The notes below the pieces were generated by a model. The model had not been told where the DNA came from, did no database searches, and saw only the letters and a list, made by a program, of their open reading frames with translations. The translations under genes and the position numbers were made by a program. From positions 86,335,637-86,399,636 of the forward strand of contig NC_068986.1 in assembly GCF_001194135.2 (NCBI RefSeq): DNA of 64,000 nucleotides, in the 5' to 3' direction. Below, in pieces: positions 24,028-36,156 of this stretch; positions within the stretch are counted from its first letter, which is position 1, and each line of letters begins with the position of its first letter. The DNA comes from Octopus bimaculoides (lineage: Eukaryota).

Positions 24028-26175
24028 CTGTTTGTGACAGTAAATAGAAGCAAAATATTTCAAACATAAAATAAATTATTTTGCCCATAGAATCAAGAGA
24101 AGTCGAACGTTTCGGACATAAACAAATACAGACGGTTGCCCGGGAAGCCAAAATTTTAGAGGCGGTTATATAAAGCTAACACTTCACTCTGCTCTACAAC
24201 AGCATCTGGTTGTTGAACACTTTTCAAGAAATTGTTATAAGAAGTTGAACCAAACCCGCTGCTCCCTCTCTCACTAGTTTTTACTCCAAATGTTCAAGCT
24301 GAGCATTAACCGAATTAATCTCATCAATCACCGAAGATTTGTGAATATAATGGCAAATTCCGCTTCACTCCTGGCTAAATCATAATGAAAAGAGACGTTC
24401 TCGACGGGGCTAGATGAAACTTCGATGAGAACGCTAACAGTCTTTATAAGATCATAAATGTTTAGCTTCCTAAATGCTCTTCTCTAATATATAGAAAAGC
24501 ATCTTTCTCTTCAGATAATTTGCAAGAATTATGTTGTAGAATAGAGATAAAATAAGTGTGTTTATTATAAATAGAATCATTTACAAGATGGATTGTAATA
24601 CAGATAGCTTTTGGAGATATCGCATAACGCGGAGTCGATGACGTATCATGAGCGAGTAGAATAATTAAATTAAGTGTTCAACTCAAAGAACTGAACATAT
24701 TTCATTGCTCAACATCTGTATTCTTATAAGAGTTTGTTATGGCACAGTATTTCACTGATATGAAATAATGTCTACTTAGAAGCGAAATGGTTATTAACTC
24801 TTCTCTCTGTACGTTCATTTATGTCTCAGTTTTATCTTCAATTTTTTATCCACTTATCACCACCTAGTAAGTAAGGAAGTTACAGCTGGTTTTCCGGTTT
24901 CGTGGCGTATATATTCCCCACGTGAACGGGACGCCGGTCTGTCGCAGGATTACTCATTTTTGCCAGCGGAGTAGCCTGCATCAATGTGAAATGAAGTGTT
25001 TTGCTCAAGAACGCAATGCGTCAGCCGGTCCAGGATTCGAAACCACGATCATGAGTCCAACACCCATTAACCACTAAGCCACGTATCTCCTCAGTTATCA
25101 CTACCACTATCATACCACCACTGTCACCTCCTCCACCATCCTCACCACCACCACAACCACCATCGTCATCATTACAATCAACAGCAGCAGCATCTGAAAG
25201 ACGGTTCATCGACATAATCTTTAACGCGTAACAAAATGTTTTGTGTTATTGGTTCTGCATCTGCGCAATGAGCTCAAGATCTCACTACGATCGACTTTTC
25301 TTTTCCATACGCTCAAAGTGGATAAATATAGTAACAATCACTTCTTGGGACAGATTTTCCCTTTCGTTGAAGTGAGGCTAGTAAGAAGCGTTCTCAGTGC
25401 TCCCACAATCCCTTTCACCACTGGTCTGTGGGACACTCGATGAATGTGATGGCATAATGACGAATCGATTAATCCATGTCTTATGGCATGAACTGTGTGA
25501 CCTGCTCTCATTAATACTACTAATTGGCCCACCTTGGTCCACCTCAACCACAATTACTTCTTCAGCCAACTCATAAAGTAACATCACCTTCACAGCTAAT
25601 ATCAGCTAAAGTACCCGGTCACTGCTTCATAACTATTATGTTTAGACTTTTGTTCAGGATGATACAAACTACTGAGTTTTCGGATGGAATTCTGAAATTC
25701 TAAAGCCTCTGGGAATACCAAACAAAAAACCGTAGACACGCAACTACTGTGTGTTTAGCACACCTATTAACTCCTCACCCTTAGAACTCAACAAGGAACT
25801 GTATTTCGAGCCCCAACTTCATCCTTATGTGCCAAGAAGTGGGTGGGTATAATTTTACCTTTCATTCTGACCAGCCAACAAAGAAATCTGTTTGTGTTTC
25901 CCTTGCTATCATTAGAACTTACATTTCTTCAAAAATCATTTTCCGCTAAATAATGTATGAAGGTAGGGTGGTCAGAAATGGAATGTTTTTGATCGAAAGC
26001 CTTCTTGACCCTTGTTAATCTATGTTAAACAACTTCAACAGAAGCAGATAAAACTACAGATTCCTAGGGAAAAAAATGACTGTTTGTGACAGTAAATAGA
26101 AGCACATAATTTCAAACATAAAATAAATTATTTTGCCCAGAGAATCAACAGAAGTCAAACGTTTCGGACATAAAC
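24028..26175. repeat. 96-bp direct repeat pair ~2.05 kb apart
   Basis: 24028-24123 versus 26080-26175, about 90% identical. Confidence 0.85.
24884..25089 (-). mobile_element. tRNA-derived CORE-like SINE
   Basis: A box TGGCTTAGTGG, B box GGTTTCGAATCC, GCGTTCTTGAGCAAAACACTT core, tail GCGACAGACCGGCGTCCCG...GAAACCGG. Confidence 0.8.
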
Positions 26176-27607
26176 TTTAATTCTATTTTATGTTGCTGAT
26201 ATACTCCTGATATTCTCAGTAGGCGAATGCCACCTCAGTAGGCGCATTCCCACCAGTGGAATTGGACTGGGCGTTGGAAAATAACAAATGTAAAGACAAT
26301 GAGATATTATTTCATATGCTTGAGTTTGTCAAACTGTTACTAACTTATGTATCACGTTTGTTCCTTAAATATACTGAAATACTTTCAAGAATATTTGAAG
26401 AATAAACAACTTACACCAGCATTAAGTCTACCTCCTCAACAAGATACGAACCACTATCATGTCGGTTGTTTGTTCAATGTGCTTTTAAGTTGATTATCAG
26501 CTGTGTTCCAATAAATAAAATAATTACCATAAACTATTTTGTGATTTGCTAGTAAATTTTCCAGTAGTAAAATCTATTCTTCGTAAATACTTCTCTTAAA
26601 AAAAAACTTTCATTTTTTTTTTCATTTAATCTTTCTTTTTGCATCTAGTTTATCGATCATTTGATTTTACTATTTTAGTCCTTTATTCATTTATTTATTC
26701 ATTTTTTTATTTATTTACTTCCAATTTAATTTATTTTTAATGTGGAATTGATGTTAAATGGATGAACACATAGCTGCCGTGTCCATGTACGTGTAATGAA
26801 GTGTATGAACATTTAGATGTAGTTTCTCGCTTCACTGAACAGGAAAAAACCCATAATTCTTTGCATCTGTCTCTGATGTTAAGCACATGTCCAGGTGGTA
26901 GAAGCTGTTAGTTAGTCTGGTGTGGGCCACAATTTACGTCTAAATACAATAACTTGTGGTTAGACGAGGCAATCAAAGAACTATCACCTCTCACACGCAA
27001 TATATTTGGCAACGAACAGCAGAGAAACGAAATACCCGGTGGTAATAAACCGAGGTTGTTATTGCCACGACCGTAACTGAGTTAAGTGTGTTCACATCCG
27101 ATGACAGATAACTTTACCTTTTTATCCACTTGAGTACAATTCATTAAAGACTTGTCCAAGGACTTAGTGTCAGTTGATTCTTATTTTCAGTGAACAACGC
27201 CACAGATGTAATGAATTTTCATACAACGACAAAATAATTAGAGATTCAATTCCAGTATAAGTGTAGACACAATAAAATGATAGATGTAGGAATGTCAGTC
27301 GAAGTCAAATTCAACTAAAGCTTTAGTTACTAACTAAAAGTCAATGAAATGCGAGTGTTTTAACGAAACTGTGCACTTACAGTTTGCATACATATTTCCG
27401 AGGTCTACTGGTATATATTCACAATACTTATGTTAATTAAAACCTTCTATGAAAAAATTATTACATGCCCACAGAAACTAAGGAAGAACTGAATTATCGA
27501 AAGTTCAGTTGCTGCGCTAATTTTCTAGTTAATCTGTAATTTCAACCGTAGGAATAGTTGAGACGCACATTGTTAAAATATTGTAGTTTCTCCTTTATTA
27601 TGTTTCT

Positions 27608-28057
27608 TATTTCTTTACTGTTCAAAAGGGGCTACACACAGAGGGGACAAACAAAGACAGATAAACGGATTAAGTCGATTATATCGACCCCAGTGCGTAA
27701 CTGGTACTTATTTAATCGATCTCGAAAGGATGAAAGGCAAAGTCGACCTCGGCGAAATTTGAACTCAGAACGTAGCGGCAGACGAAATACTGCTAAGCAT
27801 TTCGCCCGGCGTGCTAACGTTTCTTATTTCTTTATTGCCCACAAGGGGGCTAAACATAGAGGGGACAAACAAAGACAGACAAAGGTATTAAGTCGATTAC
27901 ATCGAGCCCAGTGCGTAACTGGTACTTAATTTATCGACCCCGAAAGGATGAAAGGCAAAGTCGACCTCGGCGGAATTTGAACTCAGAACGTAACGGCAGA
28001 CGAAATACCGCTAAGCATTTCGCCCGGCGTGCTAACGATTCTGCCAGCTCGCCGCCT
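27608..28057 (-). mobile_element. SINE dimer (tail A, A) inside a single TSD
   Basis: Junction 27823/27824 identical to that in the 446-1041 array; 14-bp TSD TTTATTATGTTTCT at 27594-27607 and 28058-28071. Confidence 0.92.
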
Positions 28058-29836
28058 TTTATTATGTTTCTAGTCATTAATTCTTGGCCTGGCGGTAACA
28101 ATGCCATTGAAAAAAAAAACATATTTAGTCAATAGTTAGTATTTATACAAATACTTACTAGACTTCAATAATAAAACCGAACTTTAAAAAGATATCTTTA
28201 TGAAGTGGCAAGCTAATCGCATTGCTTCCTAAACTTAGAATCAGATGCCAATATTTTCACTATCGCCATACTCAAGATTTCAACAGGATCACATACTGTT
28301 AATTTTTGGTTGAAAAAATTATTAGACCAGTTTTGGGCCGATCAAGGAAACACAAGAAAATAAACTAATAAGAATTGAAATCACATTCTTTGACTTCTAT
28401 ATATTGCCATCGTTTTCCTCACTAAACTCTCCTTTGGTCTGTAACTAAATACCTTCTCGTATACGAAGCCTATTAAAACAGGCTGATGCCGAATTCAACA
28501 GCTGGACCTTAAAATTACTCAGAAATTGTAGAAGAATATCTACAAAAAACATCAAGTTTTAGCTATTTATTACGTCTGATCTTCCTTGTCCTGAGTCTTT
28601 TGTTATCGTGAATAAAACAGTACAGCCCGATCTGTTTGTTTTCATTGCTGATAATAAGGTATTCCAAATTGTTATCTTGAGAAACGAAAAAGACCGAGAC
28701 ATAGAAATGCTACCCCCTTATACATCTGTATTTGTATGTATGCTTTGTGTGTATGCGCTTGTTTGTGCGTGTCTGTGTGTGTGTTTGTATTAGATTGTGT
28801 GTATGCGTACTTAAGTAGAACAAGAGAGAGAGAGATTAAAAGAAAAGGAGCCTGAAAGCAAAAGTCAGAAATGTACATATGTTTACGCATGTATATGTTT
28901 CTTTAAGCACAAGCTGCATGCATAAATATACGTATGTTTGTTATAGTGTCTACCATCAACGCTCCAACGTTGAGCAGACATCCTGACACGAAACATCAAG
29001 AACATTACCATTATAACTAATGTTGATAACAACACTGAAACAAGAAGATGAAGAGCACTATTACACACTAAGAAACAAAACTGTATTAACTCTAAACAAG
29101 TTCAGTAGCACAAATATATTCATCGTAAATGGTAAATCTGAAAATAACCGGACTAAAGTTGTATTAAGTTATCATGTAACGTTTTGTTATCTTTATGGCG
29201 ATGCATTTCTTCCTAGATTTCTGTGTCATAGGCATTAAATTTTTTATAACCNNNNNNNNNNNNNNNNNNNNNNNNNNNNNNNNNNNNNNNNNNNNNNNNN
29301 NNNNNNNNNNNNNNNNNNNNNNNNNNNNNNNNNNNNNNNNNNNNNNNNNNNNNNNNNNNNNNNNNNNNNNNNNNNNNNNNNNNNNNNNNNNNNNNNNNNN
29401 NNNNNNNNNNNNNNNNNNNNNNNNNNNNNNNNNNNNNNNNNNNNNNNNNNNNNNNNNNNNNNNNNNNNNNNNNNNNNNNNNNNNNNNNNNNNNNNNNNNN
29501 NNNNNNNNNNNNNNNNNNNNNNNNNNNNNNNNNNNNNNNNNNNNNNNNNNNNNNNNNNNNNNNNNNNNNNNNNNNNNNNNNNNNNNNNNNNNNNNNNNNN
29601 NNNNNNNNNNNNNNNNNNNNNNNNNNNNNNNNNNNNNNNNNNNNNNNNNNNNNNNNNNNNNNNNNNNNNNNNNNNNNNNNNNNNNNNNNNNNNNNNNNNN
29701 NNNNNNNNNNNNNNNNNNNNNNNNNNNNNNNNNNNNNNNNNNNNNNNNNNNNNNNNNNNNNNNNNNNNNNNNNNNNNNNNNNNNNNNNNNNNNNNNNNNN
29801 NNNNNNNNNNNNNNNNNNNNNNNNNNNNNNNNNNNN

Positions 29837-29872
<36 letters not shown>

Positions 29873-29877
29873 AATTT

Positions 29878-29990
29878 GATGAAAAGGATGAAAGGCAATG
29901 TCATCCTCGGTGGAATTCAAACTTAGAACATAGAGAAGAAATGTCACTAAACATTCTGACATTGCGGTAACGGTTCTGCCAGTTAACCGT
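29878..29990 (-). mobile_element. SINE 5' fragment
   Basis: GGATGAAAGGCAATGTC...TTCTGCCAGTTAACCG. Confidence 0.7.
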
Positions 29991-30090
29991 CTTTGCTTCA
30001 TTCTTTGTCTCCCTCTGTCTCTCTGTCACTCTCTGTCATTCTGACTCTCTTTATATATATACATTCAATATTTAGTACGTTAAGATATAT

Positions 30091-30155
30091 GGTTTGTGCC
30101 TGATGATTATGTCTGAGGTAGTTCTCAACATATGAAACTATTAGTTGCTCATAAC
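30091..30155 (+). ncRNA. Type I hammerhead ribozyme with long stem II
   Basis: GGUUUGUGC CUGAUGA U UAUGU(C)UGAG GUAGUU CUCAACAUA U GAAAC UAUUA GUU/GCUCAUAAC. Stem II 9 bp plus a bulge, stem III 3 bp, stem I 6/9; ATTAAA follows shortly downstream. Confidence 0.7.
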
Positions 30156-30603
30156 ACGTGTTGTGTCTATTAAATAATATTTATCTCTCACCAAATGGAA
30201 TACTTTTTTACTGAACTTAGAATGACGGAGTAGCATATTATATCGGTATATAGTTCACTAGTTCTACGCCGAGGTCTATATGATGCTTGAGAATTCATGT
30301 AAAGGTTTTGGTGAAAATATGTCTAATAAGACAGGTATACTTCTATAACACACAAGATGTATTTTAACGTGTCATACAGGTTCAATTCATAGAATCATAC
30401 AGATTTATTTACAAAAATACCTGATTTGAAGAGCAATCAAAGCTTTCCATGCGCAAAACATGGTGGAGACACACTGTTATTGATGGACAAAAACACACAA
30501 ACACACACGCAAATAGACATACATAGAAGATACGAAATGGAGTCCTACGGATACATCTATCCCTTAGATGGTTGCATAAACTCTAACTTATATCTTGCTT
30601 AAT

Positions 30604-30671
<68 letters not shown>

Positions 30672-30942
30672 NNNNNNNNNNNNNNNNNNNNNNNNNNNNN
30701 NNNNNNNNNNNNNNNNNNNNNNNNNNNNNNNNNNNNNNNNNNNNNNNNNNNNNNNNNNNNNNNNNNNNNNNNNNNNNNNNNNNNNNNNNNNNNNNNNNNN
30801 NNNNNNNNNNNNNNNNNNNNNNNNNNNNNNNNNNNNNNNNNNNNNNNNNNNNNNNNNNNNNNNNNNNNNNNNNNNNNNNNNNNNNNNNNNNNNNNNNNNN
30901 NNNNNNNNNNNNNNNNNNNNNNNNNNNNNNNNNNNNNNNNNN

Positions 30943-30979
<37 letters not shown>

Positions 30980-31052
30980 GTATATGTAATATATATATAT
31001 ATATGTATGTATATACATATGTATAAATATATATATATATATACTTATATAC

Positions 31053-31093
<41 letters not shown>

Positions 31094-31136
31094 CTTATAG
31101 ATGTATTTACGTATACATACGTACATGCATATATGA

Positions 31137-31182
<46 letters not shown>

Positions 31183-31190
31183 TGTCACAC

Positions 31191-31338
31191 TCTCAGAGAG
31201 CACAATGTCCTCTGCTGTTATACCGTTTATATACGCAAGTCTTTCAATGGTTTGGAATGTTTGGTATACGATAGGAAGAGACCGTGCAGCTGTTGAAATA
31301 TATGGATTAGTCTTGGTGCCGTAGAATGGCGTTTGCAT
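31191..31338 (-). CDS. Candidate 148-nt exon ([49 protein letters not shown])
   Basis: Acceptor TCATTTATACAG, 49 open codons of non-repetitive sequence, weak donor GTGTGA. The opposite strand is also open. Confidence 0.22.
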
Positions 31339-32644
31339 CTGTATAAATGAATACATGAAATTATTCATAACAGCCTAATCTATACTTGAAGTCTGTCCTA
31401 TTCATACTTATTATTCAGTTTTTACATTTAAATAAACTTCATTTAACTATTATATCTATTTCAGTGTATGTGTGTGCATGCGTGTGTATGTGTATATTTA
31501 TGTGCACGTACATACACTTATGTATAATATTTATTCATGTGTGTGTGTGTGAGTGTGTGTATGTGTGTGATTGTGGGCGCACTCGCGAGCCAAAGCCGAA
31601 CAAAAGCCAATAAACATAAACCTATTTCTTTGACCTCACATATCTAGAAAGATCTGAAACGAACCTTCACAGCAAATTCGATTAAGTTTTTTTTACAAGT
31701 AAATAGCTTCCTGAATGATACCCAGCATGTTTTCCGCATCACACGGTATATTCCGTATACAGGTACCAATATGTTACCCATATTGGTTACCCCATATGAA
31801 AGTGATAACTGCCCAACAATTACAAAACTGATTGTTTTCCGATGCACTATGGGCAAGAATAAAGTTTGATTAAACCATTGAGGACCTGTGGCAGTAAAAA
31901 AATCGATAATTCATTGGGCCATACCAGAACATATTGTTGAACAAAGCAAAAGATCCTCGGTAACCGACGTATAATGTAAGAGAGGAGACCAGTAGAAAGA
32001 CCAAACGAAGTCCAAGTAGAAAATTACCTGAATCTTTTCTGCTACAAAACTCTGTCATCATTGACAGACCCTCCCCCGAAGTTTGCGGAAAGAAACCATT
32101 CAATTACCCCACAAAATGAATTAATCTTGAAACACTGGTATGTTGACCGATAAGCGGTGCATGCCACGATAGTGGACGTTCTACTAGAAATAAATATTCT
32201 CTTGGAAGTGGCAGCTGTATGACTTCAATTGAAGAGGATACTGAAATATTAGATGTGCGTCAGCTATGCAAAAACAAGAAGATATTGTCGTGGATACGAA
32301 CGGAACTCTTGATCCAAATAAATCAGAAGAGAATCGAAGCCATCTTAAACCTAATATACTTGTTAGTTAGAAAGATCTAGCCTTCGCCACTAGGGGTGTG
32401 AAAGACAAGAGATTGCAAGTATGGAACCACCAGCTCCCTAAAGGCATTTTTCCCACAACAGAAGGTAAATGAAAGAGGGATTCATGTTGAAAAGGCGATT
32501 GGAACAGATTCGATACACTTTCATAACGGATGAAAAATAGATTAAACTAGAATCTTAGAAAAATCATTAAAGAAAGACATCAATATCTAACAAGTTCGAG
32601 GAGGTAACGATGACGCTAAAACAATCTCCCATCATGAAACAAGA

Positions 32645-32784
32645 TGTGTGCCTTGGGTATGTGCTGTGGTTTGCTGTGATGCTCTTATGGTTACTGTATT
32701 GAAAGTGGTTTGCGTAGAATGTGTGCAGTGCCCAGTAGTGCAATTTTCTGTATGTTATATATATTTGTAAGTCCTGGTGTTTTT
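32645..32784 (-). mobile_element. 140-bp R4/Dong LINE 3' fragment (near-copy of 33259-33398)
   Basis: 2 mismatches versus 33259-33398; encodes QKIALLGTAHILRK; abuts (ATT)n. Confidence 0.85.
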
Positions 32785-32804
32785 ATTATATTATTATTAT
32801 TATT

Positions 32805-32859
<55 letters not shown>

Positions 32860-32875
32860 ACATCGTTAAGTATTA

Positions 32876-33109
32876 AGGTGGTGAGGTAGCAGAATCGTTA
32901 GCACAGCTGGCTAAATGCTCTTAGCGGCATTTCGTCCCTCTTTTATGTTCTGAGCTCAAATTCTGCCACGGTCGACTTTACCTTTTATCCTTTCGGGATC
33001 ATTGAAGTAAGTACCAGTTGCGCACTGAGGTCAATGTTATCGACTTACGTCTCATCCCCAAAAACATGCCTTGTACCTAAATTAGAAAGGATTATTATTA
33101 TTATCATCA

Positions 33110-33156
<47 letters not shown>

Positions 33157-33158
33157 GC

Positions 33159-33204
<46 letters not shown>
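32876..33204 (+). mobile_element. SINE tail B with long (ATT)n tail
   Basis: SINE head and core, then ...CCTTGTACCTAAATTAGAAAGG followed by (ATT)n at 33091-33204. Confidence 0.85.
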
Positions 33205-33580
33205 GTTCAGTAGTTTTATTTTTATAACGTGCTTTTACTTCACTACCGAGCGCAGCTCTGTGTGCCTTGGGTATGTGCTGTGGTTTGCTGTGATGCTCTT
33301 ATGGTTACTGTATTGAAAGTGTTTTGCGTAGGATGTGTGCAGTGCCCAGTAGTGCAATTTTCTGTATGTTATATATATTTGTAAGTCCTGGTGTTTTTGT
33401 TATGCATTTGTCTGAATATTTTTTTTATTATACCTAAGGCACTATGATAGGAATTGTTTCTGTCTTTAGATTCCACATTCGAGTTACCTCTATTTCCAGG
33501 TCTTTGTATTTTGAAAGTTTTTCCATTTCTTTTAGGGAAACGTTGTCATCTGCTGGTATTGATATATCAATTAGAAAGTA
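33205..33580 (-). mobile_element. 5'-truncated R4/Dong-clade LINE (restriction-like endonuclease C-terminus plus 3' UTR), subfamily 1
   Basis: LIDISIPADDNVSLKEMEKLSKYKDLEIEVTRMW...IQKIALLGTAHILRKTLSIQ*; (AAT)n on both sides. Confidence 0.9.
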
Positions 33581-33596
33581 TTATTGTTATTATTAA

Positions 33597-33644
<48 letters not shown>

Positions 33645-33647
33645 CAC

Positions 33648-33692
<45 letters not shown>

Positions 33693-33932
33693 TACTCATA
33701 TACACTCGGCTTACATCCTAATATTAGGCTACAATAAGTAACTTTACATCGGGTTACAACATCAGGCTACAACAAATAGCCTTAGATACCAAAAAACTTC
33801 CTATTGGGTTACCGCAAGTAACCTTAGATGCCACGAACCCTGCTAAGTATCCTAGCTGTCATTAAAAACATTGTTTTCTACTGCTGTACTAAACTGCATT
33901 TTATGGCTATTGCCTCTCTCCATCTGTTCAGA

Positions 33933-35303
33933 TATTATTATTCCTTCGCAACACAGTGTAGGTAAAAATGCACCGGAATTTTTAGTCATCTGTCAAGTCA
34001 CCACAAGGACCTCAGATAGATAATACTTTCCTTAAGATGTGCGCTGTGCCCAATAAAGCTGCATTTTGCAAAACATCAATCTTATTTCTTTATTGCCCAC
34101 AAGGGGCTAAACATAGAGGGGACAAACAAGGACAGACAAACGGATTAAGTCGATTATATCGACCCCAGTGCGTAACTGGTACTTATTTAATCGACCCCGA
34201 AAGGATGAAAGGCAATGTCGACCTCGGCGGAATTTGAACTCAGAACGTAGTGGCAGACGAAATCCCGCTAAGCATTTCGCCCGGTGTGCTAACGTTTCTG
34301 CTCGCCGCCTTCAAAACATCAATTTTGCATGGGATTTACACTTGCCTTAAGAAGTTTTGAAGTTTCAATGGAAATGAGCCCAACGTTCCGGTCACCACTG
34401 GCACCACTTTTACATTACCCTCTCACATTCTATAGTCTTGCCATTTCCACTTTCAATTCGGAGTACTTGGTGACTTTTTTCAGCCTCTTTACTCATAACA
34501 TTCATGTCATTTGGTATGGCTACATCAATTATCTGACAGTATTTGTTTCTCTATTCAATATGATAATATCCGGCCGACGGAGTTCGATTACAAGATCCGC
34601 CTGAAAATCATAGTCCCTGGGTATTGTTACTTTTCCATCCTCCTGCATAACTTCAATTGGTACATGTTTATACCAGTTCTTTGCTACTTCATTTTGGTGT
34701 TTACGGCATAAGAAATACGCAAACAGTTTATTGTGACGGCGCTTGTATTCTTTTTGTGCAAGACTCTCACATCTACTTACTAAGTGGGTCTCATTTTCCA
34801 CACTCTTTCCAAAGAGCCTGCATTTCTGGATGTCAGAAGATTTATACATGTTATACTTCACTGAATTGGTAGCGAGAGCCTGGTCTTGTGCAGCAATCAT
34901 CAGGCTTTCGGTGGTACGCTTCAAATCACCTCGCTCAAGCCATGCCCACGGTGATGTATTATCCTTCAAGTCTTGCGTATTCCTTTCAAACTGTTCATGC
35001 ATTCTTATTTCAAGAAGGTCTTTTCTCCTCAGCTCTTTGGTTAAACTCTTCCTTGCCCATCATTTCTTCTGCATTTACATCCATATCTTTCGTGGCATAT
35101 TGCAGCAGGTCATCATCACTATTTATCAAATATTCGGCAAGCGTTCTCCTTTCACTCCTTATACAATGGTCTATACTAATTAGTCCTCTGTCACCATTCT
35201 TTTTTTTTTTTTTCATGAACAGGCTATTTACGTTTGCTTTAATGTGTAGCACCACATGCAGCGTCATCAACTTACTCGTCATTTTATCCAGTGTTGATAT
35301 TTC

Positions 35304-35306
<3 letters not shown>
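33933..35306 (-). mobile_element. R4/Dong-clade LINE 3' part (RT thumb, zinc knuckle, RLE), subfamily 2
   Basis: GDRGLISI, WAWLERGDLKRTTESLMIAAQDQAL, KCRL..ETHLVSRC..LAQKEYKRRH, RRPDIIIL, IDVAIP, QNAALLGTAHILRKVL*; short (AAT) tail. Confidence 0.92.
34081..34311 (-). mobile_element. SINE tail A inserted into the Dong LINE
   Basis: Full SINE with 12-bp TSD CAAAACATCAAT (34069-34080 and 34312-34323). Confidence 0.95.
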
Positions 35307-35380
<74 letters not shown>

Positions 35381-36051
35381 GTTTGGTTTGCTGAGAACAT
35401 CACAGATTTTCTGGTGGATAATATGAAAGAATGGAAAACCGAATTGTACTCAAGTAATGTGTTCCTTGGAGAAGTTAATATTAAAAGGGGTATCTTTNNN
35501 NNNNNNNNNNNNNNNNNNNNNNNNNNNNNNNNNNNNNNNNNNNNNNNNNNNNNNNNNNNNNNNNNNNNNNNNNNNNNNNNNNNNNNNNNNNNNNNNNNNN
35601 NNNNNNNNNNNNNNNNNNNNNNNNNNNNNNNNNNNNNNNNNNNNNNNNNNNNNNNNNNNNNNNNNNNNNNNNNNNNNNNNNNNNNNNNNNNNNNNNNNNN
35701 NNNNNNNNNNNNNNNNNNNNNNNNNNNNNNNNNNNNNNNNNNNNNNNNNNNNNNNNNNNNNNNNNNNNNNNNNNNNNNNNNNNNNNNNNNNNNNNNNNNN
35801 NNNNNNNNNNNNNNNNNNNNNNNNNNNNNGGAATTTGGGATTCCCAGATGCCCTTTACTTAATATGAAAAGAGACAAGAAAGCATCCTGCAGAGGATTGC
35901 GGTTGCCATCAGGAGAGACAGTAGTGGGTATAGATATTTAGGGATTTTGGAGCTGGATGACATTCTACACAGAGAAATGAAAGTCAAGGTCAGCGAGGCG
36001 TATCAAAAAAGGGTGAAGATGGTGTTGAAATCCAACCTGAATACCAAAAAT
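35381..36051 (+). mobile_element. Inverted RT-domain segment of the same R4/Dong LINE
   Basis: ENITDFLVDNMKEWKTEL...VNIKRGIF [gap] ...YRYLGILELDDILHREMKVKVSEAYQKRVKMVLKSNLN. Confidence 0.85.
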
Positions 36052-36056
36052 TATTA

Positions 36057-36156
<100 letters not shown>

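Noticed and set aside
25290-25600. QTSGERDCG resembling a ULP1 protease motif
   Set aside because: A single short motif with unconvincing surroundings.
31640-32640. Possible decayed LINE endonuclease (DLAFATRGV..VWNH)
   Set aside because: Many stops; similarity too weak to call.
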